Shown here in pieces: positions 26,626-39,121 of a DNA stretch of 64,000 bases (its first letter is position 1; each line of letters begins with the position of its first letter). Position numbers and translations under genes: made by a program. This stretch comes from Laetmonice hystrix (lineage: Eukaryota): positions 38,442,001 through 38,506,000 of the forward strand of contig OZ249436.1 of NCBI GenBank assembly GCA_965235115.1. Direction: 5' to 3'. Below the pieces are notes generated by a model. That model saw nothing but the letters and a program-made list of their open reading frames with translations. It ran no database searches and had not been told where the DNA came from.

Positions 26626-26663
<38 letters not shown>

Positions 26664-26700
26664 TATATACGACTATTACTACTACTGCTACTACTACTAC
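26600..26700. repeat. (CTA)n microsatellite, imperfect
   Basis: Direct reading. Confidence 0.95.
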
Positions 26701-26718
26701 TTCATCGGTGTAGTACAA

Positions 26719-28174
26719 CACTGTAAAAAAATTCTCTGTAATTTTACAGTTAATATAACTGGCAGCACAGCTGCCAGTTATATTAACAGTAATTTTACAG
26801 ATCTGTTAAACGACAGATAAATTGTAATGTATTTATACAGAATCCAGTCGTTAAACGCCACGTTTGTAAAATAACAAACGCAAATTATTCATTATTACTG
26901 AAATACAGTAATGTAATTATACCGAATCCAGTTTATAAACGGTACGTTTGTAAAATTACAAACTTACTATACAGAATATTTACTGTGTTTTTACGGTAAA
27001 TACTGTTAAAAAATCGTCGATGATAAACGAGAAACAAAAATCTGGCTTTTTAGCTTAAATACATGTACGTATGGCCTGATTGATAATTTCATTCAAGGGA
27101 AACTCAAACGTCTGCAACCTAAGAGGCTACTCCGCATTATAATATAGTCTGCTTTTACAAAGGAGTTAATATTATGTTCTCTAGCGTCCAAAGATGGTGT
27201 TTTATGAGAAATATTAACAAATCCCACTTCATATTAGGCCCCTGTTTGACATTCCACTCTACTTACTATCACAAAGAGTGTATTCATATTATTGTTAATT
27301 TATGGCCACGGTTGCATTAACCGACTATCACAGGTATAAGACACTTCGGGGTTTAGACAAATAAAAGGGGCAGGTGATAATCATCACGTGACCACTGTGC
27401 TGGTTATCCAGTAACGTCTGACGTCCTGTAAATTTACAGTTCGTTTATTGTACAGATCGAATACAGCAACAGTAGCTGTCAAACTACAGTAACATTGGCA
27501 GTAATTTCCAATAACAGGAGCATGCGCTGTTCCTTTTACAGTTTTATATCTTGCAAATGTCCATTTTTTTCTAACAGTGCACACGGGTATTTTATGTATT
27601 TTAGTTGAACAAAGGGCCATTTTTTTACGTGTTTACGTTGTAATTAGGCTATATTTTTATTATTTTGTATATTTAGTGACATTCTACATTCTACGTTATT
27701 TTACAAACTTTTTCTGTAAAAACTGGGAAGTAGGCCTAATGCCAGTTTTTTTTGTAAATTCCTATAATCAGAAATGTATAATAAAATAAAAATTTTATAA
27801 ATATACCATAATAAAATGTGTAAATAGAGGGTTTACATTACATGGCTATTATTATGTGTTATTTTAACAAAGTTCCTCTGTGAAAATTTGGTAATAACAG
27901 TATTCTGTAATTTTTATTAACCATTTTCTCAGTTCTTTTCACGGTTTTAAGTAATATTACAGAATTTACTACATTTTACCATTGTGCCATAAAGAAATAT
28001 GGAAACAACGTAAATTTAACACAAACACTTGTAATTTTATAGTAACTATATTGGTAAATGATTTTCACTGTAAAAAGTACTGTATTACTTGATAGATAAT
28101 TCTACTGTAAAATAAGTTTACACCAAATTTAATAGTAAATTTTGTCTGTTATTTTACGAATATTTTTTACAGTG
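26719..28174. mobile_element. Non-autonomous CACTA/EnSpm(CMC)-type element, AT-rich
   Basis: CACTGTAAAAAA ... TTTTTTACAGTG termini; 2-bp TSD AA (26717-18, 28175-76); many CTGTAA/TTACAG subterminal motifs. Confidence 0.8.
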
Positions 28175-29305
28175 AAGTAGTAGTAGTCGTAGTAGTATTA
28201 CTATCAGGCTTACCATAACGGATGCCTTCGCAGTTAGAAATATTATCCTGACAGTTGCGGTAACAGTCAAGAAGTAGATGTCATGTGAGAAAGGGAGTGA
28301 CATCTTCTATTTCAGCACAAGGAATGCCGTTTCAAAAATTGCATTTTCATCGGAATAATCAACTAATCACCCTGCCATACTATGATATTAATCAGACTAA
28401 ATCAATATCAAATTTTACTTTACTTCAAACCCTGGGCTTGGTTCATTAAACATGGGATTATAATTGTAATAGCTAAATGGATTTCCAATTTTAGACCTAT
28501 GGATTTTTGGGCATGACGACGTTATGCCCATCTCTCTGAATTGCCATCTCAGTATTGAACAGTATAGGACCAGCCCTCTACCAAATGAGATCGTAATCGG
28601 ATCTCGGCAAACAATTATGGCTTGTATAAAAACATACTTTCCACCGTTCGTAAACCCATTAGGCAGTCTGAGTGCATCCGGTTTACTTTTTTGATTAAAT
28701 TTCAGGGTAACCTAATTAGATTCCCCGCGTGGCACTTGTCTTAATAATCAATTTGATTCGACGACGCCATTAAAGCAAACAGTAACTAATGTGAGAAGGC
28801 AGTTAGTTTCCTTGGAGGATCCATAATCTATAGAAGGCGATATGGTAGACGTTGGCAGACGTTTTCGCTCTTTGATATAGTACATCCATTAATAATCCAT
28901 TATAATATTATATTATAATAATCCGTTTATATCAGCTGTATTACCAACTATGGAGATTCTAAGTTCAATTTTATAATGTCGTCTGGTGTGTCGACCTTCT
29001 CTTGTACCAGCTGTTATTGAAGCATGACCCTCAGCTATACTTCACGCATTCGTACAACTCTGACCAAAGCAGTCTGCAGTAGCCCTATAGTACTCTTTAA
29101 ATTTGATATTGATCTGAGCCAAGACTCCAACATTGACACCGTGAAAGCAAACCTCATCTAATGAGAACGATGCACACGCATACTGCAGACTAGAGGTGGC
29201 TATAATTTCCCTTGACCGATCGGTGCCAAGAAGTCCGTATACACCATGGGGCCGTGGGATATTCTGGCCCCCATGGCGATACGCATATCGCCTTTGGACG
29301 GTGTT

Positions 29306-29381
29306 TGCCGTCGGCAGGATTCGAACCCACCACGGCGGCATCACCGTCCAGCGCTGTTACCTTTTCGGCCACAGCGACGCC
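29306..29381 (-). pseudogene. tRNA-like (possibly His-GTG-derived) pseudogene or SINE head
   Basis: Acceptor-like GGCGTCG/CGACGGC(A), T-arm GTGGG-TTCGAAT-CCTGC, A-box TGGCCGAAAAGG. The anticodon arm pairs poorly, so it is not a functional tRNA. Confidence 0.5.
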
Positions 29382-30019
29382 TACCTATCCTCGCGGTGCT
29401 ATCGATATAAGCCCTCGCTTCCCTCGGGCCTATATCGATAGCACCTCTCGGTTTTGTTTTTTCTCTCGAGAAAACACCTCGATTTTCTCGTTGTTTTCTC
29501 TCGAAGTGAGCTGTCATGCGACATATTATCAATGAATAATGATTTTATGTACTTGGGCAGAATAATGATTTCATGTACTTTAAAAAAAATCCCTTAAAAA
29601 TAAACAAAAGGGCACCATTAAGGACAAGGGAAAGGGTCTCCCATGCGACCTTCAGCAAGAATAGTAGAATGGATTCTACTCTTTTTTGTTTTAAGCAAGA
29701 ATGGGGGCATATACAATTACATGTATATGCCACTTTTTGTGACCTCAAAAAACAACGCCCCCTATGAACGACTGAACTGGAGATGTACAAACAAAGCGAC
29801 CCGGTTCAGTGCCGAGAGAACGTAATTGTCCAAATAATTCCGAATTTACTATTAAAGAAAGAAGAAAATAGAGGGAAAAACTCATGCCGGGCAGCTTCGG
29901 CCGCAACTCCCACTGTCGCACAGATACCGGCGAGCCCCCTGCAGTTGTCAACGGGGCCACCTCAGTGGATCATAGAAAACGCTGCGGTATTCTGCTTCAG
30001 CGTCCCTCATTCCACCTAA

Positions 30020-30262
30020 GGGGCAGACCATTTAATAGCGGGGGAGGGTATGGTTTTTCTTTCTGACCAAACTTTTTATACTTGCAACAAAACAATAAAC
30101 ATAAATAAACAATCTCTTTTTTTCACACACATTGCTGAACAAACTATTTTATTTCACACATGTATATTTGGTAACAAACTATTTTTTGGGGGTCAACTTG
30201 GTAACCAACATTTTTTTAACGAAAAAACCATACCCCTCCCCCGTTATTAAATGGTCTGCCAC
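30020..30262. mobile_element. PIF/Harbinger MITE, TAA TSD
   Basis: TAA|GGGGCAGACCATTTAATAGCGGGGG ... CCCCCCGTTATTAAATGGTCTGCCAC|TAA; same family as 39122-40190. Confidence 0.85.
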
Positions 30263-31638
30263 TAATGTTATGTTGACACGTTGACCGGGTGTTTAAAAAT
30301 GGAAACTAATCGAGCAGGACTCGTGTCCACCACGTCCAACTGTAACGAGGGGCCGATCGCTTGTGCCCAGCGAAGTGTGACGAGAGTGTGATATCTTCGG
30401 CAATGTTACACTGCTCGGGAACGGAAGCGTTTGCAGTGTGTTATGTGGCCAGAGAGCCGTGACGAGAGTGTGATATGTGACCAGGGAGCCGTGACGAGAG
30501 TGTGATATTTTCGGAAATATCCCACTGCTCGGTACGCCTTGGTGTATACGTATGGTATCACACTGTTGCTCGCGTGGATATCTGAATAACCTCTCGGCTT
30601 CGCCTTGCGGTTATCCAGATATCCCCTCTCGCAACAGTGTGATACCCTTACTGAAAACTCTCCTAGCCCATCACATTCTAACCTGGGACGAAGGCTGGTG
30701 TGGGGAAGTGGTCGAGGTTCGGATTGCAGGATTATGGCACAGATATTGAGATACGATGAAGTTGGATCGTTTCAGTACCGTAATTCTCACTGGCATTCCC
30801 CAGTACTGTACAACTAGATCACCAAAGGCTTTGTCCAAGCGTGTGTGCGACTCTATGAAAGACACATTCCCAATTTCCCAAAAGTGTTCAAAGTGTTCAA
30901 AGTAACTGATGAATCCTTAAATGACTGAAATACTGCATGCTGAGAGGGCGTCACCCACCCCCACTAACCCAATAGAAGGGTCACATGCCTACACAGCCCC
31001 TAAAGTCTTCACGTCCTGACCTACGGGTAACCTTCGACATATAATAATTTTCTAAGTAGTATGAGAATACTTGGGTAGGCCTCGGATATGATATCATGCA
31101 CGTATTTACCAGAAGGAATCGGGGCCGACACGCCAAAGCAAACCGACGGTGCTGTCGGGTCACTGTCGGGTCGGGCATTTGCACTCGTTAAAAAATAGTC
31201 GCTCTTGTCCAATTTGAGAAATGGACGGTCAGTTCTTTGAAACGCACAGAAGAAGGTTGGAGGGTGCATGACAGTCTGGCAGATGGGTGATGCAGCGTGA
31301 CAGATGCTCCGTGACACGTGGTAGGTGTTCCGTGACACGTGGTAGGTGCCCTGTGACACGTAGCAGATGCTTTGTGATACGTTGTATCATGCGCACGTTC
31401 TCAAGCGACGGTAGGCAACGTCTCCTGCCGTGGAGTCTGCGAACAATTAAAGGGGGTCTCACCTTCGAGTTGGCTCACACTCACCAATCGACATTGGCCT
31501 AGATTTTCTACAAGAAGACTGGGTGGGGATGGCGGCTGTCGTGACAGACTGCAGTACGGCTAGACATCCTATAAGTAAAGGATTACGCCTTATAATTATT
31601 GGAGACTAGTGTGTCTCATTGAGATGTAGTTTCAGCCC

Positions 31639-31639
<1 letters not shown>

Positions 31640-31699
<60 letters not shown>

Positions 31700-31750
31700 T
31701 CCTCCTCCTCCTCCTCCTCCTCCTCCTCCCCCTCCCTCCTCCTCCTCCTC
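31640..31750. repeat. Compound (CTG)n(CTC)n microsatellite
   Basis: Direct reading. Confidence 0.95.
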
Positions 31751-32380
31751 GACTATTTCTCATCCTCGTCCTGTAAACGTAAATATAAAGAAAAAAATAC
31801 CGGGTCAGGTCTGTATAATTTGTTTTAAACCATGCATGACGGTGTTGGCTGAGCACTATAAAGTGGTCTAAAAGGTTTCAGTCCTCTGGTTCAGTGATTG
31901 ATCGATCCTGCATCAACTGCTCCCTGCAGGGTTCCACCCTATGTATGAGGATCACTGGAGACAAGATCTCTTTATGGAAACAGAACACAGGAATGAATTG
32001 TGTGCCGGTCGATCGAAACGAATCGAGATTCTTCAGTGGGCAGTGCTCATCCTTTAGTGCACTGATCCCTTTCCCATTTGGCCTAGATATAAACATTGTT
32101 TGGACGGTTCTTGTCCTACTGTCTGCTGGAGGGGCAGCGGATATCAGTTGGAGATGGCAAACTCCTCCGTAGTAGTGATCCAATGTTTTCACAAGTGTAC
32201 AAATCGTTTGCTATAGGGGAGGGTGAACTTCATGTACGTTCTCAATATTGTGAAAACATGGATTTTTAGAGGGGGGGAGGCATTAATAGGGGTGTTAAAC
32301 TATTCCTTGTCAATCAGACAACATGCGATGTTTTTTAATTACATTGTCTGTCGCTATTGGTCCACCGGCAGCCACGTGTA

Positions 32381-34873
32381 GCTGTATCCTCACTGGACGC
32401 GTGCGACGCGAGCGACGCGTGCGATGCGTGCGACGCGATTTTTTTTCTATCCTCACCAGATGCGCGTGATACGTCTGCGTATAGGCTACGGGCCTGGGAA
32501 CATACGTGGTATTTACATTATGCGCGTCTATCAATTGCGGGTCCAGGATATCACTAAAGCCTAAAGGGGGAGGGGGCACAGGAAAACAATTCATAATTGT
32601 TTGCATTACGAATTAAAGCTCATGCTCTTGAATGAGAGTTCTAGAGGTATAGGCCTACATAATAGCTCGGGGTTTCCCTGAGATACACCGTCAGTGTTAA
32701 AATTAATTAAAAATGAGTAGGCTATAGGCGTGTATAGGTGTTTATCACAGTTCCAGTAACAATGCCGCTTTCTGATTGGTCCAGGCCCACGCGATATGAA
32801 GCCGTACTCGGTGACATCGCACCAAACGGGTAGGATGGGCCATCTATGGTGGCTCAAAAGTATCATCTCGTACTTAAGAAATCTCGCACTCGCAAAATAA
32901 AATCTCGTACTCGCAAAATAAAATCTCGTACTCGCAAAATAAAAATCTCGCATGGTACAAACAAAAAATCAAAATCTCGCATGGGGCAAACAGAAAATCT
33001 CGCATGCGGCAAACACAAAATCAAAATCTCGCATGGGAGAAACACAAAATCTCGCATGGGGCAAATAAAATCAAAATCTCGCATGCTAGAAACACAAAAT
33101 CAAAATCTCGCATGCTAGAAACACAAAATCAAAATCTCGCATGCTAGAAACACAAAATCAAAATCTCGCATGCTAGAAACACAAAATCAAAATCTCGCAT
33201 GCTAGAAACACAAAATCAAAATCTCGCATGCTAGAAACACAAAATCAAAATCTCGCATGCTAGAAACACAAAATCAAAATCTCGCATGGAGAAAATGCAC
33301 AGTAGGAGCGCGGCTGGATCCATGCAAGACAGGGGACCAGGTACTCTTGGCGAGGCTAGGGACCAGGCCATTCGGAAAACCTCGGCCCAACTTCCGGACC
33401 TGGCCCGGACAGTCCCGAGGTGGGCCGAATGGGGACCAGGCCAATATAAAGCCTGGTGAAGGCCAATCGAAGCAAGCGTTGTGATTGGCCCATCGAAAAC
33501 ATGGACGCAAACGAGGTATAGTTCCGTACCCCCCGTATTTCTCCAACAAGACACAAATATTTTCGCCAATCCCTTTAAAATACAAGTGTTAAATGTCCTC
33601 GCTTTTCTGGATGTAAACATAACGTTACCAGTCCCCACACCTGCTACGGTCTGCATACGCAGGGGCATGTTGCTATTGTTGGCCACTCCCGGCCACGCTC
33701 CAAGCAGAAGTCAATCACTCTGTTAACGCTGACCAACGGACCGGAGGCGGAAGTGATTAGCTCCGAGGCGAAAGTGCTTGGAGATCACCACTTCCGTTTT
33801 ACAGCTTTCTGTTAGCCATCACCGGGCCTAACATCAAGCGGATGCGTATGGTAGGCACCGGGGACCAGGCTAGGATCAGACTGGGGCGTATGCCGACAGA
33901 GGGCGTGATGATCCAGGCCACTCTGACTACTTCCGGCGATACTGCGCTTGCGCGTCGCTTGCCTAGTTTCAACATGGCAGCGCCCGTAAAAAGCCCCATG
34001 CGAGATTTTGATTTTGTTCTACCATGCGAGATTTTGATTTTGTGTTTCTAGCATGCGAGATTTTGATTTTGTGTTTCTACCATGCGAGATTTTGATTTTT
34101 GTTTCTACCATGCGAGATTTTGATTTTTGTTTCTACCATGCGAGATTTTGATTTTGTGTTTCTACCATGCGAGATTTTGATTTTGTGTTTCTACCATGCG
34201 AGATTTTGATTTTATTTGCCCCATGCGAGATTTTGTAAGTCGAGATGATACTTTTGGGCCACCATAGCCATCCTATAGTAGTAGTCGTCGCGCCATCTGC
34301 CGGTCAAACAGGTCATTTTTCTATCCTACCGTTTTGGCTGCAGCGCCCTGTGCCTCGTTTTCATGGTGGCGTAGATCTGTGCAAACACAGCGCGATGGCA
34401 GCGAATGACTGCAAAACTTCCAAAAGTCGTTTTGCCGAATTCAATGACCACGTCTATAATGTGAGGATTGGAACTGTGATAAAATCGTTGCCCCATGTTT
34501 GCTTTTACGAAGTACGGAGTATAACCTAGCCTTGGTTGGCCATACCACATTCGGGCTTCGCCCTCATGTGGTATGGCCAACCAAGGCTAGGTTATATTCC
34601 GTACTACGTAAGCAAACATGGGGTAACTGTTAATATTAGTCTCTTGACGCTCTTGAACAAAGTTCAAGGTCGTAGATCTCACTTCTGATTGGTCAAGATG
34701 TCTTTTGTCGCGCGCGTAGCGCGACAAAAATAGAACCAGTCCTATCTGTGTCGCGACGCGCGCGTCACAAAAAATAACGCGCGCGTCGCGCGCGGCCAGT
34801 GCAGATGGCTCAATTCATTTCCATTACTTCTAAAAAAAACGCTCGCGTCGCACGCGTCCAGTGAGGATACAGC
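32381..34873. mobile_element. Harbinger-like TIR pair enclosing nested insertions
   Basis: GCTGTATCCTCACTGGACGCGTGCGACGCGAGCG at 32381, with its reverse complement ending at 34873. Flanks GTA/TTA are an imperfect TSD, so these could be two partial copies. Confidence 0.55.
32845..34266. mobile_element. Non-autonomous IS3EU-like element with inverted 29-bp tandem arrays
   Basis: TATGGTGGCTCAAAAGTATCATCTCG ... CGAGATGATACTTTTGGGCCACCATA termini; 6-bp TSD GCCATC (32839-44, 34267-72). 29-bp unit AAATCAAAATCTCGCATGCTAGAAACACA arrayed at ~32880-33290 and inverted at ~33997-34235. Confidence 0.8.
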
Positions 34874-36283
34874 TTAATTAAGTAATTCTCGATATGTATT
34901 GTTTGTGGCGTTAGAATAGTATATTCTATGAGCGCCCGTGCAACATAAATTATATTGGATAGCCTAGGACTGTTCCCCGTCTCTTTGTGAGGCACGAGCG
35001 GGAATTCCCGTGACGTAAGCAGCGCAGCCTATTTTTCATCAGAGAATGCATATTGGTTATATAATAAAACAAATGTGGCACTGGAGTTCGTGCAATACGA
35101 AGCCGAGGGCAATATAATTTTCCAACGTGCCGTACAAACCCGTATTGCACTCACCTCAGTGCCATATTTGTATAATATTGGGAAGGACAGTGGAATGCAA
35201 AAATCCACAACAGACATAGTCTCTATACATGTCGTCTACTCTTAGGTCGAGTGTCTCAAAGACACCATTTGGCTGGTTATCAAGCAATCACAAAGAGGTT
35301 TCCACAGTTATATAAATTTTATTCTCGTTCTGCAGCACGACTCCCAAAATATGTGCCTATACCGGAAATCAACATATTTTAGCGGTATATACACATTTTT
35401 AACGTTTTATGGACCGTCCTTTGCTGTCCACAAATTATGCTGCATGCAGCAAGGCGTTTATTTTTACACGGCATTTTCATTGAAATAATAATCCGAACTG
35501 AATTGAACAAAAATAGCTGCTACCAAGGAGTCGGAGTCGCCATTCTTGGATCTTTTCATTACTACCGATCCCACGTCCTTGCCATCTATCTATACAGGTG
35601 TGCTGATGCCCCTCATTGCCAAGGTGCTGTACTCATTGTACATATAGAACACGCAGCTGTGGCATTAATGTGACTACATGCTACAGCCCGCTTGGATCAT
35701 TCAGAACGCTATCCCATTCCATGGCCACGGTCCATCATCACCACTTTCATCAGTGCCAGTTTCGAGTTCGTTTTTTTGCCTTCGTTTATCTCTGTGTGGA
35801 GATGTTTTCCGTCTACTGCGTTAGTTGTTACATCTGGGTATCATTCTCAAAAGATAGGCCCCTATATTGAATTTCTTGGTTTCTAAGACACGAATTTAAC
35901 CGGTCGAACCTGGTTAAACCAACGCATCAAAGCCAACATGTCCGACCATTAGCGCCCGCGGCTCTCGCGAGATGTCAAAGGCTGCGAGTCTTGCTTATAA
36001 AAAATCTCCATTAGTACCCGTACCTCGGGCATTAACACCCATTACGTTCACACCGCGTTCTACGGCTCAGAACGGCTTAACAGTTTTACCAACGACTGAG
36101 GACGGCGGCCTTCAGCTACACAGAGTATTCAGTGACGTAGATAATTCTCTTCATCTTCGTCTTAGAGGAGTACAGAAGACGGAGTACTAGTAATGTCTGT
36201 AAGATCAATAGCTTACATGTAGGAAAAGATGTGGTAAAATAAGCAATATTGAGTGCTCACTTACTCTTTTATTCATCTATTTA

Positions 36284-36377
36284 GGAGAGAGAGGGAGGCA
36301 GAGAGGGAGAGAAGGAGAGAGAGGGAAGGAGAGAGAGACAGAGAGAGAGAGAGACAGAGAGAGAGGGAGAGAGAGAG
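36284..36377. repeat. (GA)n-rich microsatellite
   Basis: Direct reading. Confidence 0.9.
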
Positions 36378-38146
36378 TTTCAGATTATGAAGATACACAT
36401 TATACTAACCTATACATACGGCACTATCTCAAAACAACGTTTAAAAAGAGTAGATATAAAGGGCAACTGTTGCCGTGGTAGCCCGCCTCGCACCTGTTTG
36501 TACTGGCCGACCTATTCAGAGGTTTTATGAATACCATTTATAGGTTGGAGCCCCGCCATCACGCAAGTCGCTTGGAGCCAAAGGCGCTGGCACACCGACT
36601 TCCCTCTAGACTAGGCATAAAATACCGAAAATCCCTGTGATCTCCCATATCAATACACGAGCGCAGACAGCAGTCCCACGGCGGTGGATGAACCCTTTGG
36701 TGTGTTTACCTGTGTCCACAGAAAAAAAGGCTGTAAAATTACAGAACCTACGAGTAACATGGTAATATTTCAAAGGTATAGGAATAAGGCCTGACCAGCA
36801 AGGTCAGAATGCAGCCGTTCACAGATGCCATGTCCACACAGATGGTAAGGCTTGAATACGATTTTATCATAACAGGCGACTACAGCCTCAGCAACGCCTA
36901 CAGGCTGGTCTGCATCCCCAACACAGCAAAATGGGGTGACCAGTGAATGTCCGGATCATTTTGTAATAATTTACATAATAACAATCATGCTTTTTGTTGT
37001 GTAATATGTTGTCATCCAGGTAATATTATTTCATAGTACGCATATAGAATGTCAGATAAATTGTAGAAGTAAATTTCGTGTTTCGTGAATTTCATCTTTC
37101 CATAATTTTGCAGGTCCGTTCAGAGGGGAACGAAAATAATCAGTATTAGTTGGGAAAATGACATTGAATTGCAAATACTTGTATGCTTAAGGACTGGTAA
37201 TGAAAAAAAGTTAATTGCATTTGAAATATTGATTTATCTGGGCTGAGTGGGCTGAACGGGCAACCCTTCCGCATTTCTGTTATAATCAAGGTCCATGTAG
37301 TTTGGACAGAATCTTTATCTGCACAGCGTGTTTTCACCGTGAAGATGCCGTAGTTGCCGAAATGGCGTAAAACCACTACAAACTCACTCTCCGACACGTG
37401 CATTATAGATTTCCAGTCGTTTATGGGTGCGCTTCGGTCAACATATCAGATCAATATCAGCCTTTTAATTGTAATTCATAAAGGCAACAGAAAGCATATA
37501 GGCAAAGCCCCAGAACCCGATTTCGACTGCCTTGGCTGTGGTCTCGGTAGCGAAGAGTGTCTCAGCGAGTTCAGTCATTCGCCATTAACCCAATTAAACC
37601 ATGCGATTACGACACTGATAAACGTTGATTCCGTCCATGCCAAGCGCCGATAGGAACAATCGAAATAAACTTCAATAAATCGCTTAAGGCGGAAAAAATA
37701 GTTTTCGATCTGTACATAATGAAGTCCATGGGGATTGGATAAATGCCCTTACAGAGAGTGGGCTCCTGTGGACTAGCAGAAAGAACGACATCAAGTACCG
37801 AAAACTCATTTACTTGATGAAGCCTTTGGGGGGTTTTGATGAATAATGCTTGATGAGACAAATGCAATCTACTGGAAATTAGATTTGTGTAGAGTCTTAA
37901 ATTAACTTTTATGCACATTGTGTGCCTCTGGTAAGTCCCTTGATTAGTTGGATCCCATGTAAACGGTACCAGCTTGGTACTTGATGAAATTAATGAAGGG
38001 CAGACAGTGGGTAGGTATCAAACAGGGTAGGATCATGTCCCATATACTGGTGGATATAGGATCATTGATTTGAATTCTTTGAATGTAAATGTAAATGGGA
38101 GTAATTTGCTCCTTCTGATGTTCTTCATCCATTCAAATATTCAAAT

Positions 38147-38314
38147 TTCTTCTTCTTCTTCTTCTTCTTCTTCTTCTTCTTCTTCTTCTTCTTCTTCTTC
38201 TTCTTCTTCTTCTTCTTCTTCTTCTTCTTCTTCTTCTTCTTCTTCTTCTTCTTCTTCTTCTTCTTCTTCTTCTTCTTCTTCTTCTTCTTCTTCTTCTTCT
38301 TCTTCTTCTTCTTC
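38147..38314. repeat. Pure (CTT)n microsatellite, ~55 units
   Basis: Direct reading. Confidence 0.97.
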
Positions 38315-39121
38315 ATTCTCGCTCCTCGAAGGGGAGGACCCCTCTACCCTTACCCACAGATCAGCCACTGCAAAAGGTGGCACTTAGCTGTTATGTCAGT
38401 GATTCGTAATATTCAATTAGGACAGAGGGTACTTTAAGATCCTATTTTTGCCGCTGAACATTACCAGCAATACTGACTAAATGGAAGGGACGGTGGGTTG
38501 GGTGTACACACGGCGGCTGTGGCCGAGGACCACTCGGGTTACATTAGCCAGGTCACGTTGGCGAGAGTAGGTACGAGAGTTGGGCGAGACCTGGCCACAA
38601 TGACGAGACATTAGCGCCACCCTTTACGGCCGTGCCAGATGGTTGACGTGCCAAGGTAATAGAAGGTTATCTACTTCCGGTCACGGAGGAGCTCGGAGAA
38701 GTTTGCGGCTAATGTCGCCCCGACCAGTCTGGGCGGGCAGGTGCCATCTCCAAGGGTCATTTACTCATGATATTGATGGGTACGCCAAGGTAGAACGCAG
38801 ACGGGATTTGTTTATTCACAGATGAAGAACCAGAATCAATTGGGTCGTCAGTGTTTCAGTCTGTGAAAATGCGTGGTATATGTGCATTGGAACTAGCAAA
38901 AAAACAGACTTCTGGTCGTTATATAGGGGCCAACGCTTCTTGTGGCTTCAAGTCTGTGAGGAAAACGGTAGCGAATCCTACTATCTGCGCATGACTATTA
39001 TGCTTCGAAAAGGCATGAGATCATGAGATCATATTTGGATACATCATTAAACTAGGGGCAGTGTTTTAATGAGTATACCTCTACAAATACCCTTAATAGT
39101 ATAAAGAAACAATAACTCTAA

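Noticed and set aside
29306..29381. Functional tRNA-His gene
   Set aside because: Anticodon and D arms do not pair properly; kept only as tRNA-derived sequence.
38070..38387. Poly-Ser/Lys/Glu ORFs (also poly-Cys, poly-Tyr and poly-Leu ORFs elsewhere)
   Set aside because: Translations of microsatellites.
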